A stretch of DNA of 63,013 nt, the filler included, from Kipferlia bialata (Eukaryota), in NCBI GenBank assembly GCA_003568945.1. It is 6 parts of 6 records of this genome, joined end to end, with 100 filler letters (N's around TTAATTAATTAA, not from the genome) between each part and the next. Parts side by side here need not be neighbours in the genome. Positions count along the whole stretch, not along the records: positions 39,203 to 52,159 come from BDIP01001007.1; positions 52,260 to 59,027 come from BDIP01001023.1; positions 59,128 to 63,013 come from BDIP01001029.1; 3 more parts are not named here. One strand, given 5' to 3'. Below, one piece after another: positions 48,065-62,600 of the stretch. The translations under genes and the position numbers were made by a program. Numbering within the stretch: the stretch's first letter is position 1; each line of letters starts with the position of its first letter. The notes under the pieces were generated by a model that searched no databases, was not told where the DNA came from, and saw only the letters and a list, made by a program, of their open reading frames with translations.

Positions 48065-51000
48065 TTACTCGAGCATGGTGTCTGCTACGGCTACCTTGCG
48101 GTAAGATACATTATCAGTATAGATACTGATAAGGATACTGACACAAACACTGCAGTACACGAGTATCGTATGTAGACTCACGAATACGGAGTTGAATTGT
48201 ACATACACGTATACTACCTATACTGTACCTGAGTGGCATTGGCACCTGTCTGCTGGGGGATGGCAAGAGAACGAACAGCATCTGGGTGTGAGTGTAGATG
48301 GAGAGAGAGACTTGCATCTGGGTGAGAGATGGTCAGGGACTATCACATCACTCAGAGTACTATGATATTTACTTATAAAATGAATATATGTATTAGTATA
48401 TGTACACTAATATACCTGACACTGTCACAGGAAGGGCACTCTCAGACATATCAAGTATAGGACATATACTACTACACCTACACCATTACACTTCATCTAT
48501 ACTATGAATACATTACTGTATAGTTATGCATTAGAGTGCATACATACATGTATATACCTGACACTGTCCAGAGGATGGGCACTCTCAGACCAGCAGCCTT
48601 GAAGCCAACATCTAGGATTAGAGGTTGAGTATAGGATAGTTGGATATATATTGGTTACCAATGATAAGATGGAGAAAGAAGGACTGTATGACGCAATAAT
48701 CACTACGCAGAAGCCAAAATCTGGCATAAGATGGAAAGTCGCAAGTGAATGCAGAGAGAGAGAGATGTAAGAGTGAGAACAAGGCCTTCACAAATGAACA
48801 CAAGAGAGAGGCTGTACTTCTCACATCGATGTACAAGATACTCTCATATATATTAATATAGACTCTATCCATACATATACTCTATCAATATACACAATAC
48901 TATATCACTCATGAAACGTACTTGTCGTGACCTCAATGTAGGTGTTTCTCATGTAGATCTGGGACAGATCACCAACGGAATCACTACAGTTAGAGATAGA
49001 GATAGAGACTCATACATATGTAGAGATAGTGGTGTGAGTGAGAGATATGTTCCTCATATAGATCTGGGACAGATCCCCAACGGACTTGCTAAGGTAAATT
49101 TAGCATATCAGAATATATATGTGTATATATACATATAGAGAGAGAGAGGTATATCTGGACCATTTATCAGCGTGGGGACAGGACCAGAGAGGTATATGAT
49201 AAATATAGAATATGTATTGGCATATATAGCCACCAGTATGTGTGATAGAGCGACGGGGGAGGACATTCAATTACAATCAGACATTGCCAGTGATGAGTGT
49301 ATAGATTGACACCTAATAGTAAGATGTGGAGTAGTATTGTTGTCTTTGTCCATACCTATCAGAGTAGTGATGACAGGAACTCCAAGTATGATATGTATGT
49401 ATATAGAGGTAGATAGACTTTATTTGTAATTAATTACATATATGGTATATATAGTATATATACATATACCTATCCAGTGTAGTGATGTCTGTGGTGGGCA
49501 TTGGTAGGAACTCTCTCTCCCAGGCATACTCCCCCAGCTGATGGTAAGATCTAATACACAAACTCTTACAACACATGCTATATATATTAGATAGAGGAAT
49601 AAGAACTCTCTCTCCCAGGCATACTCCCCTAGCTGAGGGGTTAGAATTAACCAATCTATACAAAATGTTACGATATCAGGATAGGTGCTGTCGTATGTAT
49701 ATATTATTCAGAATACACAACCGGCTATATCCTATTCTGTACATTCATTCTACATACAATATACTATATACACTCACCTTGTCATAACCGTTGGGTGTCA
49801 TTTGATATGGTAATAACGCAGAATATCCAATTATTATGTGATATATAGTTTAGTACTCACACTACATACACTCACTTTGTCATAGCACTTTAGATATAAT
49901 CATGTCTGTGGGATATACTACACTCCATGTATATAGTATTGTACAGTATAGGGTGTATATACAATACACTGATGATGTACATGTATATATATATAGTATA
50001 CATATCATATAATGCAGAATATACCTTGTCGTAGCCCTTGAGTGATGCCATGTCTGTGGGACGGAAGGCAGCACTAGCATATGAGAGACGGACACATAGA
50101 CAGGGAGAGAGAGAGAGAAAGAGAGAGAGAGAGAAGGAGAAAGATAGGACTCGTAGTTCGATGGTCGCAGTGGTTAACTTAGGGGCTACCCTACCTGTTT
50201 GGCTGTATGTTTATGTATCTTTGTGTATGTTTGGCTGTATGTTTATGACTATTGGCTCAGTGTTCTCTCGCTCCATAAATATGGGGTATTGTGTACATAT
50301 GTGCATCTAAACAGTATTCTACCTGTTTGGCTGTATGCTTATGACTATGGGCTCAGTGTTCCTGCCACCCTTCCCTGGGATGGGGGTATCAAGCTTCACT
50401 TCACCCTTAAATCAGAGAGAGAGGGGGGATAACGAGACAGAGAGAGAGTTACATTATATAGGCATGACTGGGTTGATCCACCAGTGTATATACAAATGTT
50501 CATACTGCGCGATCAAGTTTATATATATCTATACCAGAAAGTATATATAATATGCATATATATAATACCTATATCTTGTGGAAGGGCTTGACTGGGTCGA
50601 AACACCAGAATATATATAGGTATGTACAATTCAGAACCAACATCTCAATATGTAAACATCTCAATATGTAAATATAAATACATGTATATGTATATATATA
50701 GTATATGATTACCTGTATCTTGTGGATAGGCTTGACTGGGTCGAACCATGTCTCACAGTCGGCACTGCCTGAGATAAGGGGGTAGAGAGAGAGAAGGAGA
50801 GAGAGAGAAGGAGAGAGAGAGGTCTCACAGTCGGCACTGCCTAAGATAAGGATGTAGAGAGAGAGAGAGATGTCTCACAGTCGGCACTGCCTGAGATAAG
50901 GGGGCAGAGAGAGAGAGAGACAAAGAAAGAGAGAGAAAGAAAAGAGGCACTATCTGGGAATGTATATAGAGAGAGAGAATACCAACCACAGGACTTGCAA

Positions 51001-52086
51001 ATGAGAGGCATTCGCAACAGGAACTGCCAAATAGCAGGGCTAACAAGAGAGTGTGTGGGAAATTCATGTAATGATTACATTGTAATCACCAGTAGAGAAA
51101 GAGGAATACCTGTCTCGAAGCAGTAATAATAGAGAAAGAGAGAGAGAGCATACCTGTCTCGAAGCGTCTTGCCATACGGGCTGTGATGCACCAGCGGATC
51201 TGAGGGGTGAGACATATATACACTAATTTAGAGCCGACAAAATGTTGTTCTTATATCGCTGTATATATTGTACTACACTACCTCAGTGATGGTTTTGTTG
51301 CTCAGGTTCATATACATATGTGTATACTAGTTAATAATTATTAGTCAATACATATATATCTATACATACATCTAAATATACACATGTTGTGTAAGCAATT
51401 GTAATTGACAATTCCTCAGTGATGTCATTGTTGTCGTATCTCTACTATAGTAATAATTATACACAGATATACAATATGAAACTATACTAATATAAATATA
51501 CACTAACACATGCAATACCTCAGTGATGGCCTTGTTGCTCAGGTTCTCAACGTTGAGGGTGAGAGTGGTACCATCGCTAAGGATGAGACAGAGAGAGAGA
51601 GACTGACGACAAGGTTGGTAACAGCGTGTAGATTCATGGTGGTAAGAGTCGAACTCACTCTGAGAGACGAGGATGGTACTTACAGTGTATATGTGGATAA
51701 AGAGGAATTGTCAGAAACACCGCAAAGAGAAAGAGCCTCTCACCCTCCGTCTCTTTGTACAATTTGTATTTGAATCTCATCTATACATTGTATTATACAT
51801 ATATGTATATATATGTATATACTATATATGTATATACACTATGTATAATATACAATATGTATATTATAAATTATATATATATATGTATATACACTTTATA
51901 TATGTTTGAATATACCTTGGTGTGGTGACCAGAGATGGAATGGACCCAATAAAGTGTTTGATGTCCTATCTATCTTGTATAGTATATATATGTGTGTGTA
52001 TATACATATATATATGTATATATACATATATATATACCTTGGTGTGGTGACCAGAGATGGAATGGACCCAGTCATCTTGACATTGG
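48065..52086 (-). CDS. Multi-exon hypothetical protein (5' partial)
   Basis: Exons such as ...LILSDGTTLTLNVENLSNKAITE, IRWCITARMARRFET, SADCETWFDPVKPIHKIQ, LGEYAWEREFLPMPTTDITTLD and DVGFKAAGLRVPILWTVS with canonical splice sites. The 3' end is uncertain. Confidence 0.45.
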
Positions 52087-52107
52087 CTGAGTGTGAGAGA
52101 AAGGATA

Positions 52108-52159
<52 letters not shown>

Positions 52160-52259
52160 NNNNNNNNNNNNNNNNNNNNNNNNNNNNNNNNNNNNNNNNN
52201 NNNTTAATTAATTAANNNNNNNNNNNNNNNNNNNNNNNNNNNNNNNNNNNNNNNNNNNN
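52160..52259. other. Artificial contig linker
   Basis: TTAATTAATTAA at 52204-52215 inside an N block. Confidence 0.97.
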
Positions 52260-54034
52260 CACTCTCGCATGCAAATGCCCCACTGTCTGTCACTGTACAT
52301 GCAGATGAGGTGTCGACTCCATCCAGGGACACTCTGCTAGACACCTGGTCATAAGTGGACGTATCTGTATGAATATGCATATGAATAGTACATATACACA
52401 ACATAGGATTTTCTCAGTACACCTCCTAGCTACATACCTGGTGATCGGAGCCAGCGTAGGTACCATCTGAGTCATACAGTATAACCTTCTGCAGTACACT
52501 AACACCTGATGTCACATTATTGTGTATAAATACTACCACACAGGATCCACTGAATGTATTAGTATATATATATATACCACATACGCCACTGGGACACACA
52601 CCTGCGGTAGCCTCAATGTGAGCTGTCTCTACTACTGTATGGGCTATGTCCGGGCTGCCAGGTACGGTGAGAGTGGCTGAGAGCTCAGTACCCTGCTCAG
52701 TTACCAGAGTCACAGGAATGTCAGCTGAGGTAAGGGCGTGCCCAACTTACATATATATACATAAATATATATGAATGGCTGAGAGCTCAGTGCCCTGATT
52801 CGGTCACCAGACTAGAGTGACCTCTATCTGTTCTGGAGGAAGAAAACGTATCAGACTCTATAAACATATATGTATACATAAATATGTGTCAATATGGATA
52901 CCTGTCCCTGCTTCACAGTACTATATACTATATATTTAGTATTGACTATATATATAGTACAGTGGATACCTGTCCCTGCATCACAGTCATAGTCTGGCAG
53001 AGCCAGGGAACTGTCTTGGAATGTGTTGTTGGCGTATGTGACCGTGTTATCACAGGAGGGGCAGTCAGAGCGGTACACAGACGTTACACGGCTGGAGTGA
53101 GAGACACTGAATAGAATACCTACTATCATTGTGAACTCATTGTTGTCATTGGAGGTTAGGCCATAAGAACAATATATGGAATCACAGTAGTATATGTCGC
53201 ACCCGTCATTCCCAACTGCATTGCTGTAGGCGTCAAAGAGGCTCAGCACGACAGCACAAGTAGTTACGCCACAGCCATAGGGGGAGAGCTCCTTGAGGGC
53301 AATGGTGAAGGAGGACGTGTCTCCTGAGGGTCAGACTATACTGTTACTGATGCTGATCCTGATACTATAAGACTGCATATGCCCCTAGTCACAGAGTACA
53401 TGATGATTCGATCACGCACCTGCAGATACATCCACCGATCTCTGTATGTCCACAGTACCAGTGCCGTCAGGGTAGCTTAGCCAGACATACAGAGGCGTGG
53501 CGCCCACCTGAGGATAAGGAGTAGGTCATCACTCTTGTATACCAACATCAAGATGACATTCTCTACCCACAGTGAACAATGTGAATGAATATACAAGACA
53601 AGAAGTGTGCCTGGGTGGGGACTGTTAATAGAATATACATAAGTACAATGCAGTGTACCATGTATAAATATGAGATATTTGTGAGAGAAGAAGTGTACCT
53701 GGGTTGGAACTGTTATGTCGTAGTCTAGGGAGACAGCACCAGAGGGGGAGACGGCACTGGCACTTATGTCCTGTGATAAGAATGACCACAGCAAAACATA
53801 GAATTGTCATATATCTACGCATTTACGAGATAGACCTCACCCAATGATTAGAAAACTAAGCTATATATATATCACACGAAATATTGCCCTGTGCGAGGAT
53901 GCCTGCACCCTCAGGACTGCATCTCTCTCTATCCTCTCAATATACTCAAATATATATAGAGAGAGAGATAGAGGTAGACATGGTCCCACCTTGCTGTGCC
54001 AGGATGCATGCACCCTCATGTCTCTCTCTCTCTC

Positions 54035-54073
<39 letters not shown>

Positions 54074-57000
54074 TAAGAGATACATGGTCCCACCTTGCTG
54101 TGCCAGGATGCTTGCACCCTCATGTCTGTCACCGCATGTCCATACCCATCCACAGGGGTCACAGTCAGGGTACGGCTGGTGCCTGCTAGTACCCCCTCTG
54201 CTATATCTATGGAGGTCAGGGTAGTGCTGGGGGCGGCATGTACTATCTGAGGTGAGTGGGTCTCAAGGATATTCAGAGTCACTGACGACTAGGTACGAAA
54301 CCTAGAATAGAAGAGTGGTAATACCTCAGTGCTCAGCTGCAGTGTATCGGTGGTCCCTCCTTGAGTGACAGAGAATGTCACGCTGTACACCCCAGGAGTG
54401 GCCTCAGAGAGTAGTGCAGCAGTGGAGAAGGCCTGACTATCGGTGTCCCAGTCGGCATTGACTGAGGTGGGTATATGCAGAGATACAGACAAAGTGTGAT
54501 AGAGTCACATATCCTGATCCAAAGAATGCAGCCATTATATATAGATATATATATATATATACAGACTAATACATGTATATATATATGGATATATATAGAC
54601 ATAACGTCTAAATATGAGTATACCTGTGTAGTCTCTCCCTACCTGTCTGACTCTCCCCACAATTATATATATACACACACACATACACACACACACATAT
54701 ATATCATCTGAGTGGTCTCTACCTGTCTGACTCCCTTCCGATCCCCCATACTCTACAGACACTGTGACGCCACTTGGAGCAGAACTGAACTCGTTTCCGA
54801 ATGCGTCAAATGCCCTCATTTCACATCCAAAGGACTCGTATACTGGGATGCCATACGTCCATTGAGGGTGGACGGTAGCGACCCCGGCCTGGTCGGTCTG
54901 ATAGAACTGAGAGGTATAGTCGAAGGAGTAGGGTGCGATGGAGACAGTGAGTGCCGAGGTATACACCGTCTCTGACTCACTGCCGTACGATGCCGTGATC
55001 GTGTAGGATGTGGAGCCAGCTGTGGTTGCACCAACTGGCGGTTAGACGGGGTTGTGAAAGAACAATATATATTCAATTCATTGATCACCATACAACATGT
55101 ACCCGGGCAAGTGTATGAAAATGCGTCGCTCCGGTTGAAGACACATGCGTCAGGTGTGTCTGCCTCTCCCTCTACTAGTACAGACAGAGACAGAGGGGTG
55201 TGGATGGGTACACCGTCCCCAGTGACTGTCAGGGTAAGTGAGGCGTCTACCCCTGCCACTACTGTGGTGACGAGACTGCCACTGGAGGTGAGATATACAT
55301 CCATGAGAATTCACTAAGAATTAGTGGATTCACACCTTACACTGACTCCATCGGGAGTCCCAGCCACAGTTACAGTGCTGGACAAGATGTTGCCACTGTC
55401 AGTCAAAAGACTAACATCGTGAATGCCTGACAATGAGTCGATATGACTGTACTCTGAGACTATGTGGCACCTATACACATTCCTGACACCATACATTGAA
55501 TGCCTGTAGCTACACTCTCACACACATATATAGCATAGTAGAGTGACCTGGGATAGTGTTGATACATCCAGCAAGATACATGTATATATGAATAGATACA
55601 CTATATATACAGAATATAAATACAAATATATGAGTAGCGGTCTACCTGCCGAGAGTGTAGATACATCCAGCAGCACCCTGTACTCTGGGCACGGGGGGTC
55701 AGACGCAGTGTCAGTGTCGTATGTAGATGTGACAGCACTCGACTGTCCCTTAGAGTTTAGCCACAGCTCGAAGGCGCCTGCACGACTGACAGTGAGAGAC
55801 ACTCAGTATCAGCATCAGTGTCATACAGACAGAGCCAAACAGCTAAAAGGGAACAAGAATAGTCATAACTAAAGATAAAGAGACGAAAGTCACCTAGAGT
55901 CCAGCCTATGAATATCATCGTGGTCGTAGATATGGAACCCTACGGGAATGTCCGAACCCCCGATAAAGGTGTTGTCCACAGTGAAACTTGCCACATCCAC
56001 GTATAACCCCACTTCCTGCACCACTGAATCCCCGACCTTGACCTCTGCTGTGCCGGTCTGGGAGAGAGTGACAGAGGCTGTGTGTGTGTACGTGTCCTGA
56101 TCCCAGCCAGCGGGTATCACCACTCCCCCTACTGTGATGGACACAGAGGGGGTATCACCCCCCACCACCCCCCCCTCTGCATCCAGTACTGTGATAGAGA
56201 CGGTGGTGGGGATAGAGACAGGGAGGTATAGTGGTGACACATCAGCAGAGGCTCCAGTGGGGAGAGAGGCTGCATCATACACTGAGGCAGGAACTGAGAA
56301 GACATCCCCGTCTACGTATACGTGTAGAGCATGCAGACCAGCTGCTGGGAGGGCGGTACTGATCACTCCAGCATCCGTGTCCCAGACCCCCTGTATATCC
56401 ACCCCAGAGTCATCGTACTGCACCAGTACCTCTCTCTCTGCCTCTATAATGGAGGCACCTAGGCTGTTGTAGAGGTATACACTGAGGGTTGTCTCTGAGA
56501 CATCGACAGGGGGGCAGTAGACATCCACCACTGGTCCATACTCTAGAGAGACAGGAACGGAGACATACTCAATGAGAGAGCACTCGGGTACAGGGGTGTA
56601 GTGGATGCTAGCCTCTACAGAGGTGTCATCCACAAGTACAGTGGATGAGTCTAGGTAGTACGTGCCAGTCTCCCCCTGCCAGTCTAGGGAGTAGGTAGTG
56701 GAGTCTAGGGAGAGAGACACAGCCATCCCGGGCTCCTCTAGATCAGACATTGACACCTTAACAGCTGTGGTCCCTATCAGTAGCTCCTGGGGGGCAGAGG
56801 GCTCGTACACAGAGTCCAGGATCAGGGCTGCCCCGATGTTACCGTCCCACCCCCTTGCACCCACTACCAGGGTACTGCCTGAGAGAGAGACGGAGTACCC
56901 GAGCGAGGCACCTGAGGCAGTGCCGTCCATCTGGTACACCACCTCCCACACCCCATCCTGCTCCTGATACACGTACACAGCACCAGTGCCGGAGTTCTCG

Positions 57001-58813
57001 GCCGAGGCACCTACTACGAGGGTGGAACCAACCAGGGAGAGAGCCCTACCGAAATGCGATCCATTGGTCACCCCAATGAGCGTCTGCTGGGCAACCCAGT
57101 CGTCCCCAACCTTGGTGTACACAAAGACATATCTGTCCTCCTGCCAGACCACCAAGGTGTCTCCACTCAAGGCCACTGTCCTACCAAAGTGCCAGTTGGA
57201 CTCGATCAGATAGGTCTGGGTCCAAGTAGTGCCTACTCTGTCAAAGATATACACCAGACCTGGACTGTCCCACGTGCCCACCGCCAGCCTATCTCCATCT
57301 AGCGCCACGGCAACCCCGAAACTGACACTGTCGTCGATATAGACGGCGGGCTTCAGCCTCTGCTGCAGCTCCCATGAGAGGGTGCCCCCCACCCCCTCCT
57401 CCAGCGTGTATACATACACCGCACCGTCGTCCTCATAGCCAGCACCGATGGCCAGTGATGTGCCACTGATGGCAATGGATGTACCAAAGACCCTGCCTGG
57501 CTGTGAGAGAGGGTATGTCATGATTGATGTCGCTATATAACCATGCACCCGTACGTACGTTCACACAAGTAGTAGAGCCACGAGCATATGTCCCATAATC
57601 ACACTCTGTATCCGAATATACATACTATGAAATGTACTCATACCTGTGTCAGACGCTAGACGCTCTGTCTTGGCCCAGGTCCCAGTCTCAGTATCCAGGC
57701 TATACATGTCAACGAATCCCACCCCGTTTCCCGCATAGTAGGACCCTATGGCAGCCCAGCCGTCGCCCATAGCTAGAAGTGAGTACCAGTATCAGTCAAC
57801 ATACAATGATAGGGGCATAGGTCTAAGAATATTAACTCCAAGGTACAAACCCACAGTACAGCTACAAGATATACATATTATATCCACTATATATACCTAG
57901 ATCAGCCCCAAATGAGTTGTTGGATGAAGGTGTCTCAGACTCCAATGTCTGAGTGTATTCCCACACACCATCGACTGAGTGGTAGACATAGCACGCCCCG
58001 GTGTTGCCTGTCCCCCTCCCGAATGCTGATATCATGGCCCAGTCTCCATACACTGCGGTGTATCCCGCATAGTAGTCGTCTGAGGCCCCGTCGTCCCTGG
58101 TTGTAAGTATCAGTATCATATACATATACCTACATATATATACCTGGAGAGCTGTGTGATGTGTGTGAAGGGCGTGTATGTGGTGAGGGTCTCCTGGAGC
58201 AGGACAGTCCCGCTCACGGCACCAGTCACACTGGCTGTACAGGCATCCCTGACCACAACCTAGGGTGAGCGGCAGATACATACATTCACACACACACACA
58301 CATATATATATGTAAATGTATATAAGTATATACTGGTGTTATGTAAAGTATACTAAATATTTACACATACCACCATATACATATTGAAACATAGTATATA
58401 GTATAGGATGACGAATATTCTATATATGTGTAGTGTGTGTAGCATTGCGTACCTGAGCAGAGTATGAGGATGTATCCTCACTCCACCCCAGTGTGTACGC
58501 ACTGCCATTGAGAGTGAGTGTGAGTGCCTCTGTGCTCTGCACCCCCTCCCCCTCCCCTTCCTCTGTCACCGTGACAGTCAGAGGGACTGTCAGGCCAACA
58601 GGGTAGGAGGTGGGGGAGAGAGAGTAGGAGTAGGAGAGGACACTGCCCTTGACTACATACCCCACCACCTCTCTCTCTCCCTCCACCCCAGGATAGATAG
58701 AGGGGAGGATTACTGTATCCACTCTCTCTCTCTGAGCCAGGGAGAGAGAGAGAGAGGAGAGTGGGGCATCGTACTGAACAGACAGTAGAGACGGGTGGCC
58801 AGGGTCTTGGGCC
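52260..58813 (-). CDS. Large surface protein with an FG-GAP (integrin-alpha-like) beta-propeller and filamin/Ig-like repeats, partial at both ends
   Basis: About seven FG-GAP-type blades (AGYTAVYGDWAMISA, FGADL/AMGDGWAAIGS, FGTSIAISGTSLAIGA, FGVAVALDGDRLAVG, FGRTVALSGDTLVV, FGRALSLVGSTLVVGA, LGYSVSLSGSTLVVGA). They are followed by Ig/filamin-like motifs (AFDAFGN, TVTPVDGYGH, LFDAYSN). Confidence 0.8.
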
Positions 58814-59027
58814 TGGGGTGAGGATCAGATGCATATCGTCTTTACCCACACAACACACGCACACGAACACACACTATATATATGAGAGGGAGATATATAT
58901 AGCAAAGGGATATGAGCCTGGCGTCAAGACATACACACATATTACTTTATCACGTAGGTATATGCAATGGGTAGTGTAGGAGTGGGGGGGGGGGGGGGGG
59001 GGGAAAAAAAAAAAAAAAAAAGGGGGG

Positions 59028-59127
59028 NNNNNNNNNNNNNNNNNNNNNNNNNNNNNNNNNNNNNNNNNNNNTTAATTAATTAANNNNNNNNNNNNNNNNN
59101 NNNNNNNNNNNNNNNNNNNNNNNNNNN
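59028..59127. other. Artificial contig linker
   Basis: TTAATTAATTAA at 59072-59083 inside an N block. Confidence 0.97.
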
Positions 59128-59177
<50 letters not shown>

Positions 59178-59244
59178 GACACCCATAGAGGCATGTTATG
59201 TAGTCAGAGTCACGGGTACCACCGTTGTAAGTGCACACCCATAC

Positions 59245-59545
59245 CTGCGGTGTGACTGGCTGCCAGTGCCCCTTGCACTCAAGGCCCCACCCTGCCCCTC
59301 CCCTGTGGACACACCACTGTATGTACCACTCACAGGTAGGGGCGGGACCGACTGGGAGGCTCCTCTCTCTACCTCCCTTATGGGGGGGAGGGGGTCGTTC
59401 AGGGTGAACGACCTGGGGGTCGACTCTTCACCCTGCGCATCTGGGTGACAATGGGGCCCAGTGAGAGGGGGTAGGACATCCATCCTGGGCCACTCCTCCT
59501 ACACCCACCTGTCTGTATGGAGGCGGTACACCCGGCACACCTCAT
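59245..59545 (-). CDS. Possible 5' exons of another gene, truncated by the contig end
   Basis: MRCAGCTASIQT|DAQGEESTPRSFTLNDPLPP... joined across a GT..CACCCAG intron. Confidence 0.3.
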
Positions 59546-59681
59546 CACTGCACTGAGGGTATCAACTGAAGAGGTCCACACTGTATACAGCTACAGTCCC
59601 TGATATTTGTGCAGGTTGCAATTCGGGTAATTTCAACTGGTCAATGAATATGACACAATACAACTGTAACCACTGGCATAT

Positions 59682-62600
59682 CTATCTCCTTGTCCCCCCC
59701 TGCGTGGCTGACAGGAATGTGTTCATCAGCTCCTGCATGCTGCCGAGGGTGGCTGCCACCCCCTGCTCCTGTTGTGCCTGTGTCTGTCTGACTAGGAAGG
59801 CCTCTCTGGCCTGCTGTTGCTCCTGGGCCTTGAGTCTGGTGCGGCGCATGTCAGACTCTTCGAGAGAGGGTATGGCACGGGTCCTACTGGCACCCAGAGA
59901 GGATGCCGCTAGGGCAGGGCCTGTCGATATCTGGAGGGTGTCAGTCGCTGTGGCAGAGGCTGGATCAGCACTGATCACCGCTGTGTCCGCTGTGTGTGTG
60001 TAGGGAGTGGTGAAGAGGGGCACGGCAGAGGGGATGCGCTGGGCGGGTACCATGTGGGGGATACCAGACACCGACGCTATCACCCCTGGCTGCCTCAGAC
60101 ACAGGTACCCAGTGGCCACCTGTCCTACCTTGGGCCGCAGAGCAACACAGGCCCTGAGGCCAGGCACGTACACGCTGTCTGTCTCTGCCCCCCCTCTCCC
60201 CCTCATGCCTAGGCCATCCACCACTGGGTAGTGCACAGAGAGGGTGGCGCCGGAGTGTGAGGCATAGAGCACAAAGGACCCATCGAACTGGCCACACGCA
60301 CACACAGACCCACAGGGGGAGAGGCTCAGGGGGTGCAGACCAGCGACGGGGAAGGGGGTGGGGGGAGGGGGGGAGAAGGTACCAAAGGGCAGGCGGAACT
60401 CAGTGTCAAACCCGTGTGTGGTGCCGTCTGGTGATCTGTACAGCACCTTGCCACTCCACACACCCCTCACCTGCTGCCTCTGTACAGGGTCTGCCACCTC
60501 CCGTGCATCCCTCCCCACCATGACCAGAGACCTAACACCCACACCAGGGCTGGCCTCTGAGTAGGCGACATGGCCACGCACACTCACCTGGGGTGGGGGA
60601 ATCATTAGACAGTTGCGAATATAGACATATATACAGATGTAAAAAGTATTAATATACAGATGTAAAAAGATACCGCATCTCCCCCTGCATACCTGTCCCA
60701 TCTGGAGGGTGACGCCTCTGGGTAGCTCTTGGGCTGCAGCGGCAGGCACCGACTGCGGGGGGTCACACACAGAGACCTCCCACTTGTGTATGCCGCCACT
60801 CTCGTCTGCAGCCACCAGGGCCACAGCCGGTGCGTCCCCCGCCCCCCTGGCCTGTACCCTCATAGCTGATAGGGCATTGACATGGGTCAGGGGGTCAGTG
60901 AGGGTGTGGATGGGGTGTCTGAGGAGGATGTTGGCAGGGGACTCGGTGTGCTGGGAGGGGCCAGGAAGGACCCACAGGGAGACACACTCCCCTAGTCCAG
61001 CAGAGGCCAGGTACTCAACGGGGGCCTCGCCACTGTCGGAGTGGGAGAGGGGCAGGAAGGAGACGGCATAGACTGGGGAGGCATGCTCAATCACAGCCCA
61101 CAGACAGGAGCTGGGGGTCAGACAGGAGACATATGAGGCATAATGTTAGTGGAAAAATAAGTCGCACTAGTCAAGAGGAATATCAATGTACACTCTCACC
61201 TCGTCTCTGCCCCAGATATTGGCAGTGTGGCTGAGTCAGCTGAGTACACGGGCCCTGTCCACCAGACAGACACCACCCCATCACCCGAGGCACAGGCCAG
61301 CAGAGACCCAGTCTCATTGAAGGCCAGGGAGTATATGGGGCCGAAGTGGGGTCCAAGGTCTGCCAGCAGAGTGCCTGTGTCTGGGTCATGTAATCGGATG
61401 GCAGAGGTGTCAGCTGGGGGTGAGGGGGAAAGGAATACTAGGCGATATCTATGATGCCTTCCCACTATGAACACATACGTATACTTTCTAGTGGCAGAGG
61501 CGTCGGCTGGGATAAGTGTGTGTGTGTGGGGGGGGCTTATGAATACACACACCAATACACCCTTCCCACCTGTAACCTGCACACCAGCTGCCAGCAGTGA
61601 CCCGTCTCTGCTGTAGGCCAGGGAGTGTGTGCCTGGGATGGTCTGGGATATGGGGGTGGCACCGAGAGAGGCACGGGGGAAGGCAGGGGTACCGGCAGCG
61701 GGCTTTCCCTTGGGGGCCAGGAGTGAAGGGGGGATGGGCAGATAGGTGAGGGGGGGCAGCCGGTGGAGCTCGGTCCGCCTGTATATGAGTGGTGGACCAT
61801 ATGTAACTAATATCAATAGTATTCGACACATCAGACTGACAGAGTGAATGGATACATAGAGAGACGGATACCCCTCACCTCTCCATCAGCGCCCTGCCCC
61901 CTGTCTCGAGATCATTCAGGGCCAGGGAGGACTCACTCTCAGAGGGTCTATCCCTGCCTCCCTTCTTCCTCCGTCTGTTCTTTCGCCGTCCATCTCCACT
62001 TCCACTCTCACTGCCGCTCTCACTTTCTGAGCCTTCCATGTCAACACCATCCCTGCCCGCTTCTCCAGCGTTATAGCTGTCACTGTCGCTGAGAGCATTC
62101 ACCTGATGTCAAATGGATGGATTCCAAAACAGATTCTTGTCATGGGAGAGATCTACATGTAACATATTGGAGCTATATACTACACACCTCTCTCTCATAC
62201 GGGAAGACTGCCCGGCTCTTAGTAAGGGTACGGGACCTGAATCTGATAGCCTTGAGACCCAGCTTGAGTATACACCCTGGGGGTCAGGTATCATAGTGAC
62301 AATACACACAATGCACACTGTTGGTGGCAAGAACTAGCACACCTACCCCACCCGTGTATTACACCCACCTGGTATGACGCGTCTGAGTCTTGGGGACAGC
62401 ATCTGCAGAGACAGGACGCATGGCAGTGCCCTCACTGCCTCTGGGCCATTGGGCTGCACACTGCACCTAGGGGGTGAGGGAGAGACAAGACTCCTGGTAC
62501 ACTAAGCATCATAGTCTGCTTGAGTGATGTAACCACACCAACACACCCCTCCCTGCCCCACCTTGCCACCAGCCTCTCCCCCTTGGCCCCCTTGGCAGAC

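Noticed and set aside
60589..60690. Apparently continuous 470-aa ORF 59682-61094
   Set aside because: It contains a stop-free, in-frame AT-rich segment with GTATGC...CCCCAG ends that is most simply an intron.
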